This document shows positions 55,101 to 57,604 of a stretch of 64,000 bases of DNA, piece after piece. The stretch lies in contig CAZMYR010000001.1 in NCBI GenBank assembly GCA_964570585.1, positions 17,441-81,440 on the forward strand, given 5' to 3'. How positions within the stretch are numbered: the stretch's first letter is position 1; each line of letters starts with the position of its first letter. Under the pieces are notes generated by a model. The model was not told the origin of the DNA, did not search any database, and worked only from the letters and a program-made list of their open reading frames with translations. The translations under genes were made by a program, and so were the position numbers. The DNA comes from an uncultured Planctomycetia bacterium (GTDB lineage Bacteria > Omnitrophota > Gorgyraeia > JABMRG01 > JAFGKX01).

Positions 55101-57106
55101 TCTTCAAATCTTTCTAATGCGCGCGTTCTTTCAGCGCCTTCTAAAACAGATATATGGAATTTATCTTTATCATCTTTTGAAAGGGAAACCTTAAATACAT
55201 TCTCATAAAAACCAACCAAAATATAGGCATTTTCCTCATCTGGCTCTGCCCTGAAATTCATATGTTGGAGTATCCTGTTAAACTGTTCAGAAGTAACAGG
55301 CCCGGGCATTTCATCCTTTAATTGACTTTCCCCGAGCAGCCTTTTAAAATTACTAAACCAGGCTCCGTGTAATTCTTTTGCATCAACATTAGGATGGCGA
55401 AGATAAGCCTCTGCCGCGCTGCCTATTACCTCTGTAGCTAATCCGACTAAAATTTCCAAACTCTGAAGCATATTCGAATACAGGGTCGCAGCAGCAAGGT
55501 AATATTCGTTATTGGAGAGAATTTCCTCAAATGGCTCTTTTTTGTTTAAGATGATATCTTCATATGGCCTTTCTAATGCATTATGGGAAAATTTGGGGAG
55601 GACTACTATGTAGGAGACGCCTTTGTCTTTTAGGAGTTCTTTCACTCCCTGGGTGTGGAAACCACCGGTGATTAAGACTGCCAACTGGCAACTGTCTACG
55701 TCCATCTTGGCAAGGGTATTTTTGACTATTGCCTTGTCTCTTTTTGCTGCTACTTCATAAAATCTTTCTACTATCGGAAGGGTTTTTGCTATAATCCTCA
55801 TCTCAGGCACTAAGTTTGTGGTAATATTATGCTTTATCATCATCCTGGTAAGCTGGTGGGCTATTGCCTGAGGAATGAATTCATCCCGGTGAGCTTTATA
55901 ATAGGCGAGGTCTCTGTTTATTATCTTGGCATCCAAAAGGTCTACTAATATGTCTGCCCTTCTTGATATCCGGGCAAGTTGTCTCTGGTCATCGTTTTGG
56001 AATAATCTTTCTTCTATTTGCCATCCTAACTCATCCATCTCCTGAAAAAGTTTATCTTGTAGTACAGAGTCGTACATATTGATGTATTCTATGTAATTTT
56101 CAAGGTCCGGATATGCTGTAAAATCTATATCCGCCTTTTTGGCTAAATCGGATAAGTGGTTATGGAAGGTGGAGGACGGAATTTTGTTTAATCTGAAAGA
56201 GAGGCTTTCTGAAAGAAGTTTTTCTATATCCTTTTCGGAAAGTTTTTCTGAAAGAATATTTATAAGTTCTTTTCTTTGGGTTTCTGCTTCTTTAAAATTT
56301 ATTTCTTCTTCTAAGCCGGACGCCTTAAGAAGGGAAAATACGCTTTTATATTTTGATACATCTATTCCTAAAGAGCGGGCTAATCTACCAAGGTGCTGCC
56401 AGTATTCTTTAAATGAGAGCCTTTCGGTTTGATAGGCCCGCCTTTTCTGGTCTAATTCTATTAATCTTCCGGAGTAGATTCCCTTTTTTAGGTCTGAGAC
56501 GGTCTTTTTTAATGTTATGACTGCCTTGTGGATTTCACCTTTGTTATTAAGAGATTCAATATAGGCGCTGACGTTGTCTTTGTAGAGTTGAGGGTCTTCT
56601 GCGCCGTATAATTTTACGTTGGATTTCGATATCGCTTTATAGTATTCAGCGGCATTTATCTTTCCGCGGTTTAAGAAATACTGGGCAAGGTCTTTTCTTA
56701 TTTTATCATGGGGGTGAGAAGAAAGGGGTGAAACATCTACAAAGCCATAGGCGCCTTCGAGCAAAATCAATTTAAGGTTGTAATCTTTAACTAGAACGCC
56801 AAGGAGTTTGCTTATCGATTCCTGCGCGCCTAAATTAGAGTGGGCATCCTGGATATGAATTATAATGCGGTTATTGCCGGCATCAAAGACTTCTCGGACA
56901 ATTCCGTAATCTTCCGGAATGGAGATTTTGGAAAGCTTAACAAAATCCTTAGCCTGCGCATTTAATACCTGATTGCCTCTTACAAATGACCATAAATGTG
57001 TTCCGTTTCCTGCCCAGGCTATCTGCTGGACAAAAAAACAAAAGGCTACAAATAGACTAATAACTTTTATAATTAAGCTATATCTACCTGTAGCCTTTTC
57101 TATCAT
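25175..57106 (-). CDS. Giant multidomain membrane protein 4 (10643 aa)
   Basis: 31.9-kb uninterrupted ORF; signal-like N-terminus ending QQIAWA|G; domain motifs listed separately. Confidence 0.95.
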   Translation of the reverse strand: MIEKATGRYSLIIKVISLFVAFCFFVQQIAWAGNGTHLWSFVRGNQVLNAQAKDFVKLSKISIPEDYGIVREVFDAGNNRIIIHIQDAHSNLGAQESISKLLGVLVKDYNLKLILLEGAYGFVDVSPLSSHPHDKIRKDLAQYFLNRGKINAAEYYKAISKSNVKLYGAEDPQLYKDNVSAYIESLNNKGEIHKAVITLKKTVSDLKKGIYSGRLIELDQKRRAYQTERLSFKEYWQHLGRLARSLGIDVSKYKSVFSLLKASGLEEEINFKEAETQRKELINILSEKLSEKDIEKLLSESLSFRLNKIPSSTFHNHLSDLAKKADIDFTAYPDLENYIEYINMYDSVLQDKLFQEMDELGWQIEERLFQNDDQRQLARISRRADILVDLLDAKIINRDLAYYKAHRDEFIPQAIAHQLTRMMIKHNITTNLVPEMRIIAKTLPIVERFYEVAAKRDKAIVKNTLAKMDVDSCQLAVLITGGFHTQGVKELLKDKGVSYIVVLPKFSHNALERPYEDIILNKKEPFEEILSNNEYYLAAATLYSNMLQSLEILVGLATEVIGSAAEAYLRHPNVDAKELHGAWFSNFKRLLGESQLKDEMPGPVTSEQFNRILQHMNFRAEPDEENAYILVGFYENVFKVSLSKDDKDKFHISVLEGAERTRALERFEERPIKPTEKSSVEFQVAAHLTKEFERLKGADAYQDVRSKIEKAKEELFKRRLEELTSAWEEGKDIYAVKLDKLKRLYANDEAGLDRIDKEDKKLRLTLAPGAKVKASSAGKTLKGILEDIGANKEFAAEDTERLVKSEEIRKSLKSNRVLFIEKLKNIVALNKELGKQGIKFPIRPWMFKHNADTLSRRIRVLAGRVPITLGNFRGLHRIDKEKYYGSESNIDLSKVDPDVAKSINTPLFDALFPGERLDELTGRLEEAERKLAEVQEELEKTRREKARQKEELARAQDTIKKLRAQLQETSQKARVESDRKPAVPEGEKVAKVGPVLERMTIEEFQDRFSVILKSLKSQGVDFDKDLLLELIEQAIVASGLTEDAVTHEIEWDREKWKIQAAVAKVMRNGAAVEMPTSAGKTFVFNGTSLLKSLPYVWEREKTGKRPGKRDVAIIHTEENLIERDGRKAGRVNAYFGAKTGYVISEAGTGDRKAYFVDAQGNRQDTTERKLFEEADVIYINIYNFIHRYEDDVFMSRKEEDLALVREGQTYFIYFDEGDNPLKKHVFTPCVISGTGILQGLADLAEQRLRMQQIADELIWKHRLIFERNGKFYVNRELCKRGDSLVTFKRTGEVWLGQILDTIDEYKANKGKLFGIGDTHLWQEYMELALGAYLYQNRKEQYDVSGGKLNIIDKDASGRKLEGRQWSFGLDTAVRIKENRLNNANLKIEKERMSSASMTTPEVLNPEMGLVSGISLASATVGKDTADDYKLPFVSSKELIRMARVEKGEAEAGKGEEPKPQRTDYGFMCPDKGTSGQKTTGLVERLHINHKLPAEMITEGVPEEVGSILLNCESDRTVSNHVDSLLHRSRIGQGNYRRVRQNGKVTDQYMEGYLRRLAEEVERSQTVEEAVKKVSEILGELSNQGHIEVADVDSMTSELSDILARLEDKSANRQTIIEDIIRKVLDNIVKSDSIKDLMDKNPEEIKAILEEMARDGSINTVIVEFTSGNYYQLKDMVEELSKYKNVIIVSTNLSGRGVDFKGDKMVAISTYCPLTVEDIQFRGRVARNGKIGFWIGVWSLKDDIFIKYRNIIQEELGYFERKTKGAQVYDLKFNLDSEKSKEAKENLKVIEQMREAINDHEQNMRRQEIEFGKFTGKEFNMPQIKFRLQIVRHGIAPLIEKEILDAIAQRIVKAATNFIGGSQKATLSREDILRFMETEFGKDILPLLKAELQLEKDATPPKACELIYDIITDHLKSKALEIIHEGWMKFTDEAGRSKHRLQQASSRPGYERTFLNPQQIYGEIKRLTALSYKTMERQREEKMGKEVTALAHHLAGVIPPEQQQIEAAKELAKKRKISLGDRFKRSSLKILPAAFAIAANIGLAFFLGWVFKALTVGGVGTALGLPVIGNLLSVLLAAGPVGLVVIGVVAIMITWALNSQIKRLSQTDTAAAKMANAIALGEQTTWKDALEAAGLSTWRKTLTIMATFSPFVGAMALLSLVGTAPFTAPTVGAIFFLASAVLGIIGLISSLALLGTARKDLSQAPRLPMSTPKRFFRAFIGGFLTTLGVSALLVAAVEASALMLFVPGLSAVALGGILAYRIFAYSNDSIAKNRWMIIAGFGAGILIGFLGLGLTALFGAFVINSVTAAIAAGSISGGGILAIIGYPIMGLFAIQGVLLMMSQWRFSQRIAENEAIIKGETEAKRISRLAYVGRAAALNARAVMIAAGAILGIVLLFVGGWAVPLAISGTVLFIIKGITALSLLGIATWLGFRTEAIITKRMEKRLDYSHLAKSQAWTFNGSIRNLSASGLGDVSESIRNAVKNFKDNVTGTQNPLQLSFNVLAEAAGKHRLMQEFLEQMQAHSPPKDGGFFSQPEIDLMIFKIPSEILPDEQKPAFRKAITDALVELNIAKVGFSRLSHLARDPEKVTKALNAILMPAMGVSMLASAPAAVVAQSQHEGVAYTKAEINVAEAPKQLLDYCTLLASRAIDNIIHAPQVSEQTPAEIVIDWEGQFKQLRQRIKEGQQQRKRLALYRKFAPDAEEKFKSQIEDAHKELSEAVTDPDKVTAQIRLTELIRAQQEYILEQIRNSATDEQKEELDIIKQRLEDIETLLSLRQQIEQLDTFLNQQKRTLKGLKEQRASEEKEEAQKELDKEIETLTLQISAVEQELNDLIESYNKEAEEKNISARLTVALREIRQKLLISEIGIGPHIVRVEDIADIEREIEQLNNALQRLRLKKEHSTRLAAYARLAPDAEERFKPGIEKAQQELGQAETPLEKTTAQAKLAELMLAQQKYILEQIQKKATDEQIKEAEQIKTQLANIAGLLSLQPRIDQNLLKKVQEIDPDFPAEDLTKERLLQEQEKLLAPEVGIPAHIVHLEGEIKRLEQRLQLLEQLVQILQREYEEPEAGTVVPPPPPERAAQAERAAKVEKPAEEKRPAQPAQPQAQPAIAPENIPQLEALLGELGQLLQKENELSAQARSIEEARSELAESIRELGLIDLAARLNEHSLRYRIKDIIDSSSDTTRKILPLRDQQAALQKKIQAITEKLSQQAQALPQFQAFKEQLTKLEKALADTTNSLTQLEQEIDPAINKELEYITQLEAVLEQLEELNKRQDELTTQQRKLAAARAQLTEKARRLGITDPNVLVSLQILRAAIKAVIKTIPPAAVQPVTQPVVAARQEDILRRHKDVPTMPMNDEAKQAWEEFKKRAKKLVEKNEELSEEAQNDLKKQLELIADDIQRRMKAKEYYKIQKEKAESDAEGGLEQFLRFIVDYDEYKRTHKWYAAEMFEHMDKRFKLKFHIGTPTSLGAGLVRLGDGNFIGVETPNNFNLQQVLDVVGAGLAGTDISPEAYPALALAVLYELTTAPAIKEVEEKGGGLLPDAFCVHVWVNNPQNLLYESKKIKGEDGEKRTSINIIEGNWTKAKLAGPQNFTDLPHMLVTWLRLALGDELGTYQFAPEQLMVWLLAAADTEVDTDTAYWSIERPDVELGEELTTEELRRLGFEGLEDIKSLREIKAALTKNRKFLGIFGQDAIIAEANSFVEGKGFYVYHPKNPEKAYFFKVSDQKIYHTDARLTQIQEACRYVYLRDGRGNRIKENGRYKLQKQVLYQLRMYDERVRKFLESDRPEENRWLKEGHMFLIPTGRDMQRMSQIITYMQEARGAVLIDPQTGKPFFSEDIPSIIPANMPLARKNTFTRANDGESFLMTQSFVSRRGELVMPSLRDMDLRYQLFTGKRILCGVRLDETTEIVDEEGLLPANLIFRRIPIKRFERAKDAEGNLIRQKLTRPERDFYKRLLKQLEDRLKRVNEQLRFAAGTTEQAKLKESAEALKKNIELFEDILKNGKPKIKEVTRYEYRIETKDKAYLESLGFTEVDKKEAAHLYFMPNVEEVNLKTEYGQPVRIEVDVDGRITSVTIDGKDIDQDSLEINLGAVIENEQNFVAGFEADVVKNIKAIIYTPDAIYLQDIEGRLRDISGNIITEYKSLEGKPLALHIIKENRVIDLFGKKINYPGIGEVTLGEDTLVSFEYPNQVTYIDSEGNPQVIPAVIEYTDTHHQMEEKRQEAEASRTIGDRLPYLGERTFGYQLNPYTRIPTVREPKVEETALGLFETEYGKKIRAYILENIKRFGGKKGLVKRLLDITEKSPQAIEEELKKEAESASLSLEEYKQILYLYLKRNEEHLISRQNIRKERLQSVIRMLEQTGALTAKLQYERYFQALQLQYNQWQKEVIDDINGLIQEYQDEQDELRQRIEQTEETIADNPGMDPAMKQALENYILSCEDGIEGIEANIGGMQSDIDRYGVAVDFENNPNGANNRWTELQRYARNVNWGYYGQMDFEDYLAQMPEEAREEFLEILARDAGYFKYREETIIDAYDWYLGLDASEARLSMAAEAVLDKSFKFLLEERHMRMLRTKVLGQITPEVEEDLEKTLAASSKQIRAYLEDAVEKIAAKEEWSAEYTQRALSHVRDFSVKIALNRDAFSDLIFTYEELHNIGFGEVTGFDWINWERLLALPIGYELNTRTSAIEDIYRINRNARVHGLLVNHKLADGKFIKLVALPLEIEWEGKDKKSAGTLMAGPFAGEYIEYLDLDMVSNRRKFTETTSTVYGLFAHPSIDINDRVMLSGVGLLAVNEGNGLNQVEGTTTAMGGKIDYTVSGNFSLFAKTGWVDGKATGITNIHDFDGNPIGIKPSAKASIFNTGAGFNYTDPRTGIKMTLGLERFGEDSGVDSGIETPYIDIADNLQARFEGRAFLGSETLYSSGLEFAYGEIPTTKDMLDEAKAWIKRTSLPTEEVRGMPWPGLTGEVRIDEAMEEFGVSPARSPMTSGTQHFIRQMAQNPTGFPTRPGLSFTLTRNNVYVAESDEGLAPQIYETYLDIFNRKARSIKPVSEQEATAFFNDRIGVDNAERKIPGQREDITSSVRLGLSMLRHIKRYPEADISEQIGSYLYQLAEDILRRQGKDGAIYADKRHTEINPLDNLTVRKFLNEYSKHLRIKPGKPKRYTKAAERITRWVNRNRALIWNRQYNRVYSRITAGQTKGLFGLFKSIKYKQKEPGNLREALAWLLFLEEGEVERVTGSDLRSILHSIGKDNHKTVTARIEEGTGQYREVTISGIGEKEGEVDVEATLLRAYVYKQKISPSLIGVVNHNLQDSAITTAGGSFPRYIREGSVIDRGRADPGITAFYRLVYRQGIPDDKLAGEEAQRQREIDEKYKKFIQEARKRQQYIEEATEGRGLKRYLFVPSFTAAKLYDFTEYNFVNHTGQIKIEGLFKGDTDKYIEEIERYRRMSETDINIDKIEAQALLIGNTDKRTLAERYHIIKTVQDDGSVVYLLEAEEKGKPRKIILTAADKLLVDKKTGRLLKVVHLPEIMRATLAALIEYRNLLGGKNGLAVSWDTFKVEELTGQDFNRILVLGYMTPEQRELCYVNIDETTADDGRILHYIALPGGERHYLEGLVYTPEMMEEEAVFVEDEKGNLVEKTLFELSDIKKDSEGYYVIIDEERYKETGGKEGREDLDADIPVPMQYAPSLDIRYMRLIPQDGRLPKVVMCLSKARINEELTRIQDNYAIIRVSDGEDEYIKTKEGLSKYALRKKLIVDKYTKKAHLVTFARVEINGEWNWYPVDFVKESLDGKDANKGYLQLGFNWADVVKEKISEDKSKNEVVYEVYNKVTKKSSISTFRNGWLVRKEEEGIWLPDEGFVDIATTYHEEKGYPLKTIRVDDGSLFYDFSEITYFEDIGHVTGFTKRKAYKIRAYTRTEYDRSGHRVAEIRFTLDEQSRIIEEENIVNGEFTIITYKDSGEEDLRITFENKDKYKERKRDEYIEIAKAFKETQTIENIQKALKLGIVSIPVSLGNFFIGYQYAPAQKDVKYKTFNSLEELDASGYVRFTEVKAAKNFRLDDGWQDIEFFDIRHDGVRIAKAINGEISFAVLNKARKVIGENTYKYNEATEQIGELKRYSNNSRRVYIGINPGVGAVSDGELNPQNTTVAVLASKPATGYDKVITATASDVHEMKNGEEREELQWVHIEYAKGNSEIEQANDRSAYARDKRFVVDIRHLGLETKDGKAIEQLNFICKDNNLANIEERPKEYSSKHKVKEELREFAVVAIIKGDTFGDKITRAFYGKSLYEAQKKFIEFENKPENKGIEIEETIKGRVSEVHSTTDAFTYVGIFEPQKGGMRRIKIENYTLNGQKPINIDATTQVYGTLSVELLDSKGNPKGALLYYIDENEMAFEGRKADEVAENPRNVEMKPEGEEKDNLKLTLKEVAGEIDKYAPIATDVKKRQPDGTLKPVAVNIDKLGRTVGYYDVQKRIFSYSRYDELNQEEGEHAFKLNEGEKLFETALDIARLESWSADPESGHYKGQSYVYIVDTTKLDISDDKLKEVGIGRGRYILTAADLTELGINRYAPAVERIVRIAQMHNNKSNVPIPPLALYCARIPGRDKTYARIWDDTVEIVIKHKSQNPQPGDVVSKTYERIDNPNGTIGFDKFFGKSVRVNFEDLPQAAKDRMNKHGHGAGVINDYYIAFYRLEQDDRKVYYEDMNKLPDGRWLSMIVDSEGLLYYLIRRFSFGNAIYTVINYDRRGFEDNSITYDVVLDENNNIIKETKKREDDVVKRDIMRNPYLPDMLAGRYIVKKSTKYAPNGDILYTGEVWVDARTGEERLVIDRRIGSKGEPAQKIVYSLPEVTDTPFAYHTLVPGNHLDLRLANGRDDASGFEFLYFYLDADKDTVEFEVEVTDGRTTKKVPLWIPVGMNKIHFKNGKEADRYSVVVAPIDSIQHGNIRVLSIQALKDAGIDITSIEAVRLYYKGAEPIRLGFTTVQLLGDGAISGRGKELKRIYKNHIISGVDVDSDHILATFTSRQGTTTFRIMDRDGSHLLGVRSPRLEANQPRWYTTVYDVNSNQDEPIPRYILDANGNFISLCKMAKLPDGRVAIYEIPDPDGIAGNVLTVVNPAIMNQLEGVVALAYGDNYDIVYPVKGDDWLGRHFSALHVNVVPTVARKLGLLKDPNVDEEVKKRAPKITTIEEYENRYKQIKLLPTLFENLTLPYSEEVAPLAIGGVELDAAVEMLINSQNEKTGLIPTSPYSDYVDTVYELKYIVPFLLRSKKDEALAAVKKILEFYSNQRTIDGKQKALTRFYHLYTGNPEELILKSAEDEVVVFESKATALAQIAAADAAFKLAEKAEREEDKLAAIATARRFLETALSFRRKAGDDGFAQYMEYAGKEKVYYPVGTNSEAYLLLKYVDELDKDTLPEEIKKRLEEININIADVLKKQKEWLINHVLPVLEEQGCVPKSIREVKDWRSGKIRLLAEFLSSPDDWLSFLEAANVMGVNGGKLKASLDNLVRAHGVTVDGKWGLDWKNKITLRREGDAISPELTARFLRMAVKLNHGNATNWAIAELNKYPSVGASLMPELIVKDFDKISQNNVDSGQGFIIIPGSPSISTAEILLDAEGRVIESTMPAVPVAQRDTERFIADYSIETWINASSLLVAALIILGVSRHLIVKSRVAKTKPAKRKRHPKTGSPPVIPDGDKEPTEDQKMPISTRILKWCSGAGAVTATAFGIMAFLFDLPVIFAILSGLASIYTIRRIITLIFIRRAFVNSNINIRGPDGQEREIVHYNADPNARQIEYLCLDEEYRPEGRLEGRKRVFDNLPNIPLLTSIAESVILSHEKIHAAGYGEIVACTMTWTLSFSIIKNALTSLLSGIKRWFLKLSRRKKITVITSVVVGVVAVAFLGLSPAAAILIKWLAAHWNVVLLFVLPTYKLVVLIYSRIWQTTAQRYYRRAKDETPSEILGTEKEREQIINAAHKRFADKVLETVTPFMSNKERQLFIKRKFTASDARAEVTFLYSLMAIYNLIFAKEVSDIKDNNPGMELRHAILKAKTTRGLDSLDNYVKDLGSYFGREIVKGNYVFDVDEKEDRVEIHVHVRPDAERGDYVNGKLRLEKVLEQFGALPGRPNRYLNAFNNLTQAQKDALQSYTMSKEEFDGLPATIRYMLRRARVPGKYNNALISHLETYLFQIRGRIRDAIVQGAEQEDDGEYRGILEESGITEGTFRREEYEKFSKTKGPRGVNPILFRISDFLPDFVLLMLNILHFGTQAGITGSAAGLWYGITTALASLSLSWLLIPVIIFISAALIINIITECYSLAHFNGKGIARKFLAVVPVAGIVFLSMLSLPGMGIGAVLLLMLVKSILALEAFSLLAFSRSLLGLMVYDVSRPSAYVGRPRAVLLVLMQHIIFLTVGTFMGSASLNWFGLHFGEHLLRTWWSAFAFFRAAYLMKTGTYHFMTFIFSWLKPTKGPGKDSLPLTGKPLAEAEKQKRSEEKTLIIYVGDPLDSPSRGKPADITKEVMRAWSALPKKYKDGSIEKIMENMGYDYKGWRALDLDGLPLFKVLLKDKKITEKDLYDWVDFMHKAEHDSEVMFVTPDQFEEDMPRDLRIGIKRSDDKDAPLDYNLTNEEKAKILLGAEIARHVTELMAVSKCRDVAANLYTKSVALGKEGIPDKFNFLIVQNQIKEYEQEGQVASRWAEGKAPGFVKWQKKLARLIELGSNIGYQKYLDERGIQAADRETRRCRAETFRHSTPFSCKAGAMNAMFTKPELMVGATSMVIVDRNATKLNTPKFAEDVMRMRENPNISIMPAYRNTTFLGTPTAISSFLIEFGHGQAMHGIVDKVGTGWENISSVSYRKLLAKELGLNYPLAPITRGMEQFSNSYLDRFFGMIGYSPNAPHQSEDLVAVLLEVYNKISLGEVPESAISEAIAFKMRESFGLDEWSGKAPTRWSGGLYQAEGEPLVQFANHMGPESYFEKRIRRGYGSYFMDSPMSLLNIIALPFEILFNATPFIGVHIIYWMIGTFYNQILRLNGMLARIRARGFLVGFGEWIETLFFDMILFAPRLGIEAFGQIRAYLGLTYEFVASKAETKIDSLSVNKGIFVIERIKSIRDYFTRDILKNLKSDTQGFLGGLKAVMVLGAIMFIFNLWAISILGISNVVLLGIHLIFTSGMLLGPYVMFNPIGDRPGNIAYFMAKVFGAALGIGVMVGLGLGITIAGWWALAPTLAGLVFIGYLFRQYQRAVEEMVKTHPERARIISTIFRSFAISAFLSVWIVAAAAVPLPIALDVPFWVLNANRLILVFAGLITLPLTFVIISHLADNVLFKKYSRKISDLEKRYYDMRRGQGHPEMRYEIAVGGDLVQELRILWHQRAYKLIKQETKDLKELLPQIAPESKKLRANKIKILIKKIKNIIKYFARNNSIFLLLSSLSMLLTGCFRNKDKMSKDEISLLILLIIFITPFVLGILKEFYEWWGEVSPYWDARCKIWHMRLKRYRAIIIALGAIGDDRAKQVLFNKATTDSPNRVKAAIILGGLGDKRAAGSLFKLLHESNVSARTKAKAIRVLKKLGCNVDTDFKQLSQPYPATTTVTDVVPSVTATATYSDGRVTLTATEGEFKPGEKKKLEQHLTRAFSEQGIKDDVTFTVVVSSDQEQVGQHKPSIIEINRYLLQEPWLEQLKTGTKEETKEEFAKRQARHTKTYDAFLHGVVWHEVWHLNHPDALEYEALEATVEYFKANPELLKAAEVVLYPQVKNALFGDEWRAILRQARREPDTDVDAQLQELASSSLKLYYPVKTSKSSPSGEKKIYPESRSALDKKYDTLHNETRKKIEQDRGITRDDLTRNRDYYTETGQPLTGQAVGAVIEWPKQPQSQELIANLVSLQEQIARDIPGDIVLWSKPQRTTPAENGAVGFHTSVFSSKKDYKGDAPEDILLKTDSVKRILEKAEPFDVTFEGAILSSVGIVMAIGYVDNPQLTQIRDNMSGIFPKKIFPGSFRQDAVHVVLGRVNRPVSADELKQLFDAVNKNRNKYIGKATANNILYAVWEGPITQTYCSRELANVSLTQTEGKTKASSAGTVLKKEIIDALVKIFDYLAQRDTEQPSADLLWLFGNSRLEYIMRAEELYRAGNVKNIFISGGVGHETKFLITNLKKAGYKLPIFDEIPDIEKKSNQELKTAGVSEARLIKETLIMKGVDESHIIIETASTQTEENVRNGLDVLSAEVNSSDSEDRRAEKQKVRDNHCSLNELDTVILMQHPMLQRRTVATYDKIVNGPENSSYLRIRRIGYAPPIDTSTLIDEFPYFAELAVEEVPKLTEYGPAGKGFMVAVEIPADIQKAKEELARFIGKTTPPPESTSTIGAAGKPSVTKTEAPKASSAGEIKVQVEELNKNKTASFAGVENIAAIENIIYSNQDIPQEDIEAAKQALLAVLQDEKADIFVREMATYALRLFADRYVIKSLMEVAASKEVAKAPPAKEPMPEQIRGLNLTQIADYSLEYQIAKALLDYAPEGEIAVKLNNQAIVIYSDALKESRALQQLVLSAGRDGRKFCLVNKERNMHTLLASLEVKGITRDHFDYVFTAQMNVENIAYKLQSKDGITQVRVFASAKEDLDVWTRQKVVEALIMLLKDKRFEIISDLSDLHEDYIREHEQVLSQA
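26100..26910 (-). other. Domain: YdcF/DUF218 family
   Basis: ADLLWLFG, IFISGGVGHET, SEA, IIIETASTQTEEN, MQHPMLQRR. Confidence 0.8.
26940..27730 (-). other. Domain: 2H phosphoesterase-like
   Basis: FHTSV (His 27398-27400) and VHVVLGR (His 27137-27139), about 87 codons apart. Confidence 0.6.
27950..28650 (-). other. HEAT repeats followed by a zincin-like HExxH module
   Basis: ALGAIGDDRA / AAIILGGLGDKRAAGSL repeats; HEVWH (27995-28009) followed by EYEA. Confidence 0.6.
29170..32400 (-). other. Domain: processive GT2/GT48-like membrane glycosyltransferase (glucan synthase-like) with flanking TM helices
   Basis: KAGAMN, VDRN, HQSED, KMRE, RWSGG, with multiple TM segments on both sides. Confidence 0.65.
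34300..36540 (-). other. CBM-like module plus (alpha/alpha) glycoside hydrolase-like domain
   Basis: DASGFEFLYFYL..EVEVTDG..GIDITSI (CBM-like); QNEKTGLIPTS, RFYHLYTG, GLDW, ISPELTA in a helical context. Confidence 0.4.
47990..49043 (-). repeat. Internal duplication within the coiled-coil region
   Basis: RLALYRKFAPDAEEKFK...QQEYILEQIRNSATDEQ...EIGIGPHIV versus RLAAYARLAPDAEERFK...QQKYILEQIQKKATDEQ...EVGIPAHIV. Confidence 0.85.
49800..51030 (-). other. Multi-pass transmembrane block (roughly ten hydrophobic, Gly/Ala-rich helices)
   Basis: Consecutive hydrophobic segments such as ILPAAFAIAANIGLAFFLGW and VIMIAAGAILGIVLLFVGGW. Confidence 0.8.
51200..53950 (-). other. Domain: SecA-like ATPase
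   Basis: EMPTSAGKT, LIERD, FDEGD, TPCVISG, GRQWSFGL..A..IKE, STNLSGRGVD, QFRGRVARNG, SLKDD, all in SecA order. Confidence 0.88.
55580..56870 (-). other. Domain: EreA/ChaN/TIKI-superfamily-like N-terminal domain
   Basis: HIQDAH (56840-56857), LLEG, KRDKAIVKN, LITGGFH (GGFH 55655-55666): the H..E..R..GxxH arrangement. Confidence 0.5.
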
Positions 57107-57241
57107 CTGACCCTAACCCCCTTGGAGCATTAGTCCCCTTAGAACTTAAATCTGAATATCGGCCTGTTTTTAGGGTAAGCCTTCAAAAGATTTATGATGT
57201 TTTTTTCACATTTTTTAAAGACTTTTTTAACTGGCGTAATA

Positions 57242-57270
57242 AGTATACCATATAAATGCCTGATTGTCAA
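57242..57270 (-). promoter_or_regulatory. sigma70 promoter P1 of giant gene 4
   Basis: TTGACA, 17 nt, TGnTATACT. Confidence 0.7.
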
Positions 57271-57420
57271 GGGTTCCTGTGATTTTTTTGCTTGGTCTGC
57301 CCTGCTAAGAAAACTCAGCTTTTGGCAGGTCCGGAGATGCTGTTTAGAAGCTTTTCAAATGCTGTTTATCGACTGAACTTTAATTAATCTTTGTTATAGC
57401 TTATATATTGTATTGCAAAT

Positions 57421-57449
57421 ATTATAAGCCCAAACCTCACTGATGTCAA
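57421..57449 (-). promoter_or_regulatory. sigma70 promoter P2 of giant gene 4
   Basis: TTGACA, 17 nt, TATAAT (perfect consensus). Confidence 0.7.
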
Positions 57450-57604
57450 GAATTTTTTTAAAAAATACAGACGTTTCCCAACTCAATCGGGAAACTGCCC
57501 CATTTTCAATCGGGAAAGTGTACCCTGCCATGATACACCAAAACCGAGGAGCATTATGGAGCGAGACATTAGGAATTTTTTGCTATACAAAACGCCATAA
57601 GCGA

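Noticed and set aside
7-56432. Many 60-215 aa ORFs on the plus strand and in alternative minus frames
   Set aside because: They are antisense or out-of-frame shadows of the giant genes, mostly Ser/Leu/Phe-rich, with no recognisable motifs.
1-57106. Inteins as the explanation for the multidomain giants
   Set aside because: I saw no C/S...HN-[CST] splice junctions or LAGLIDADG motifs at the domain borders I examined.
8768-57230. AAAAGTCTT[T]AA near the starts of genes 1, 2 and 4
   Set aside because: It is short and AT-rich, and its orientation relative to the genes is inconsistent, so chance cannot be excluded.
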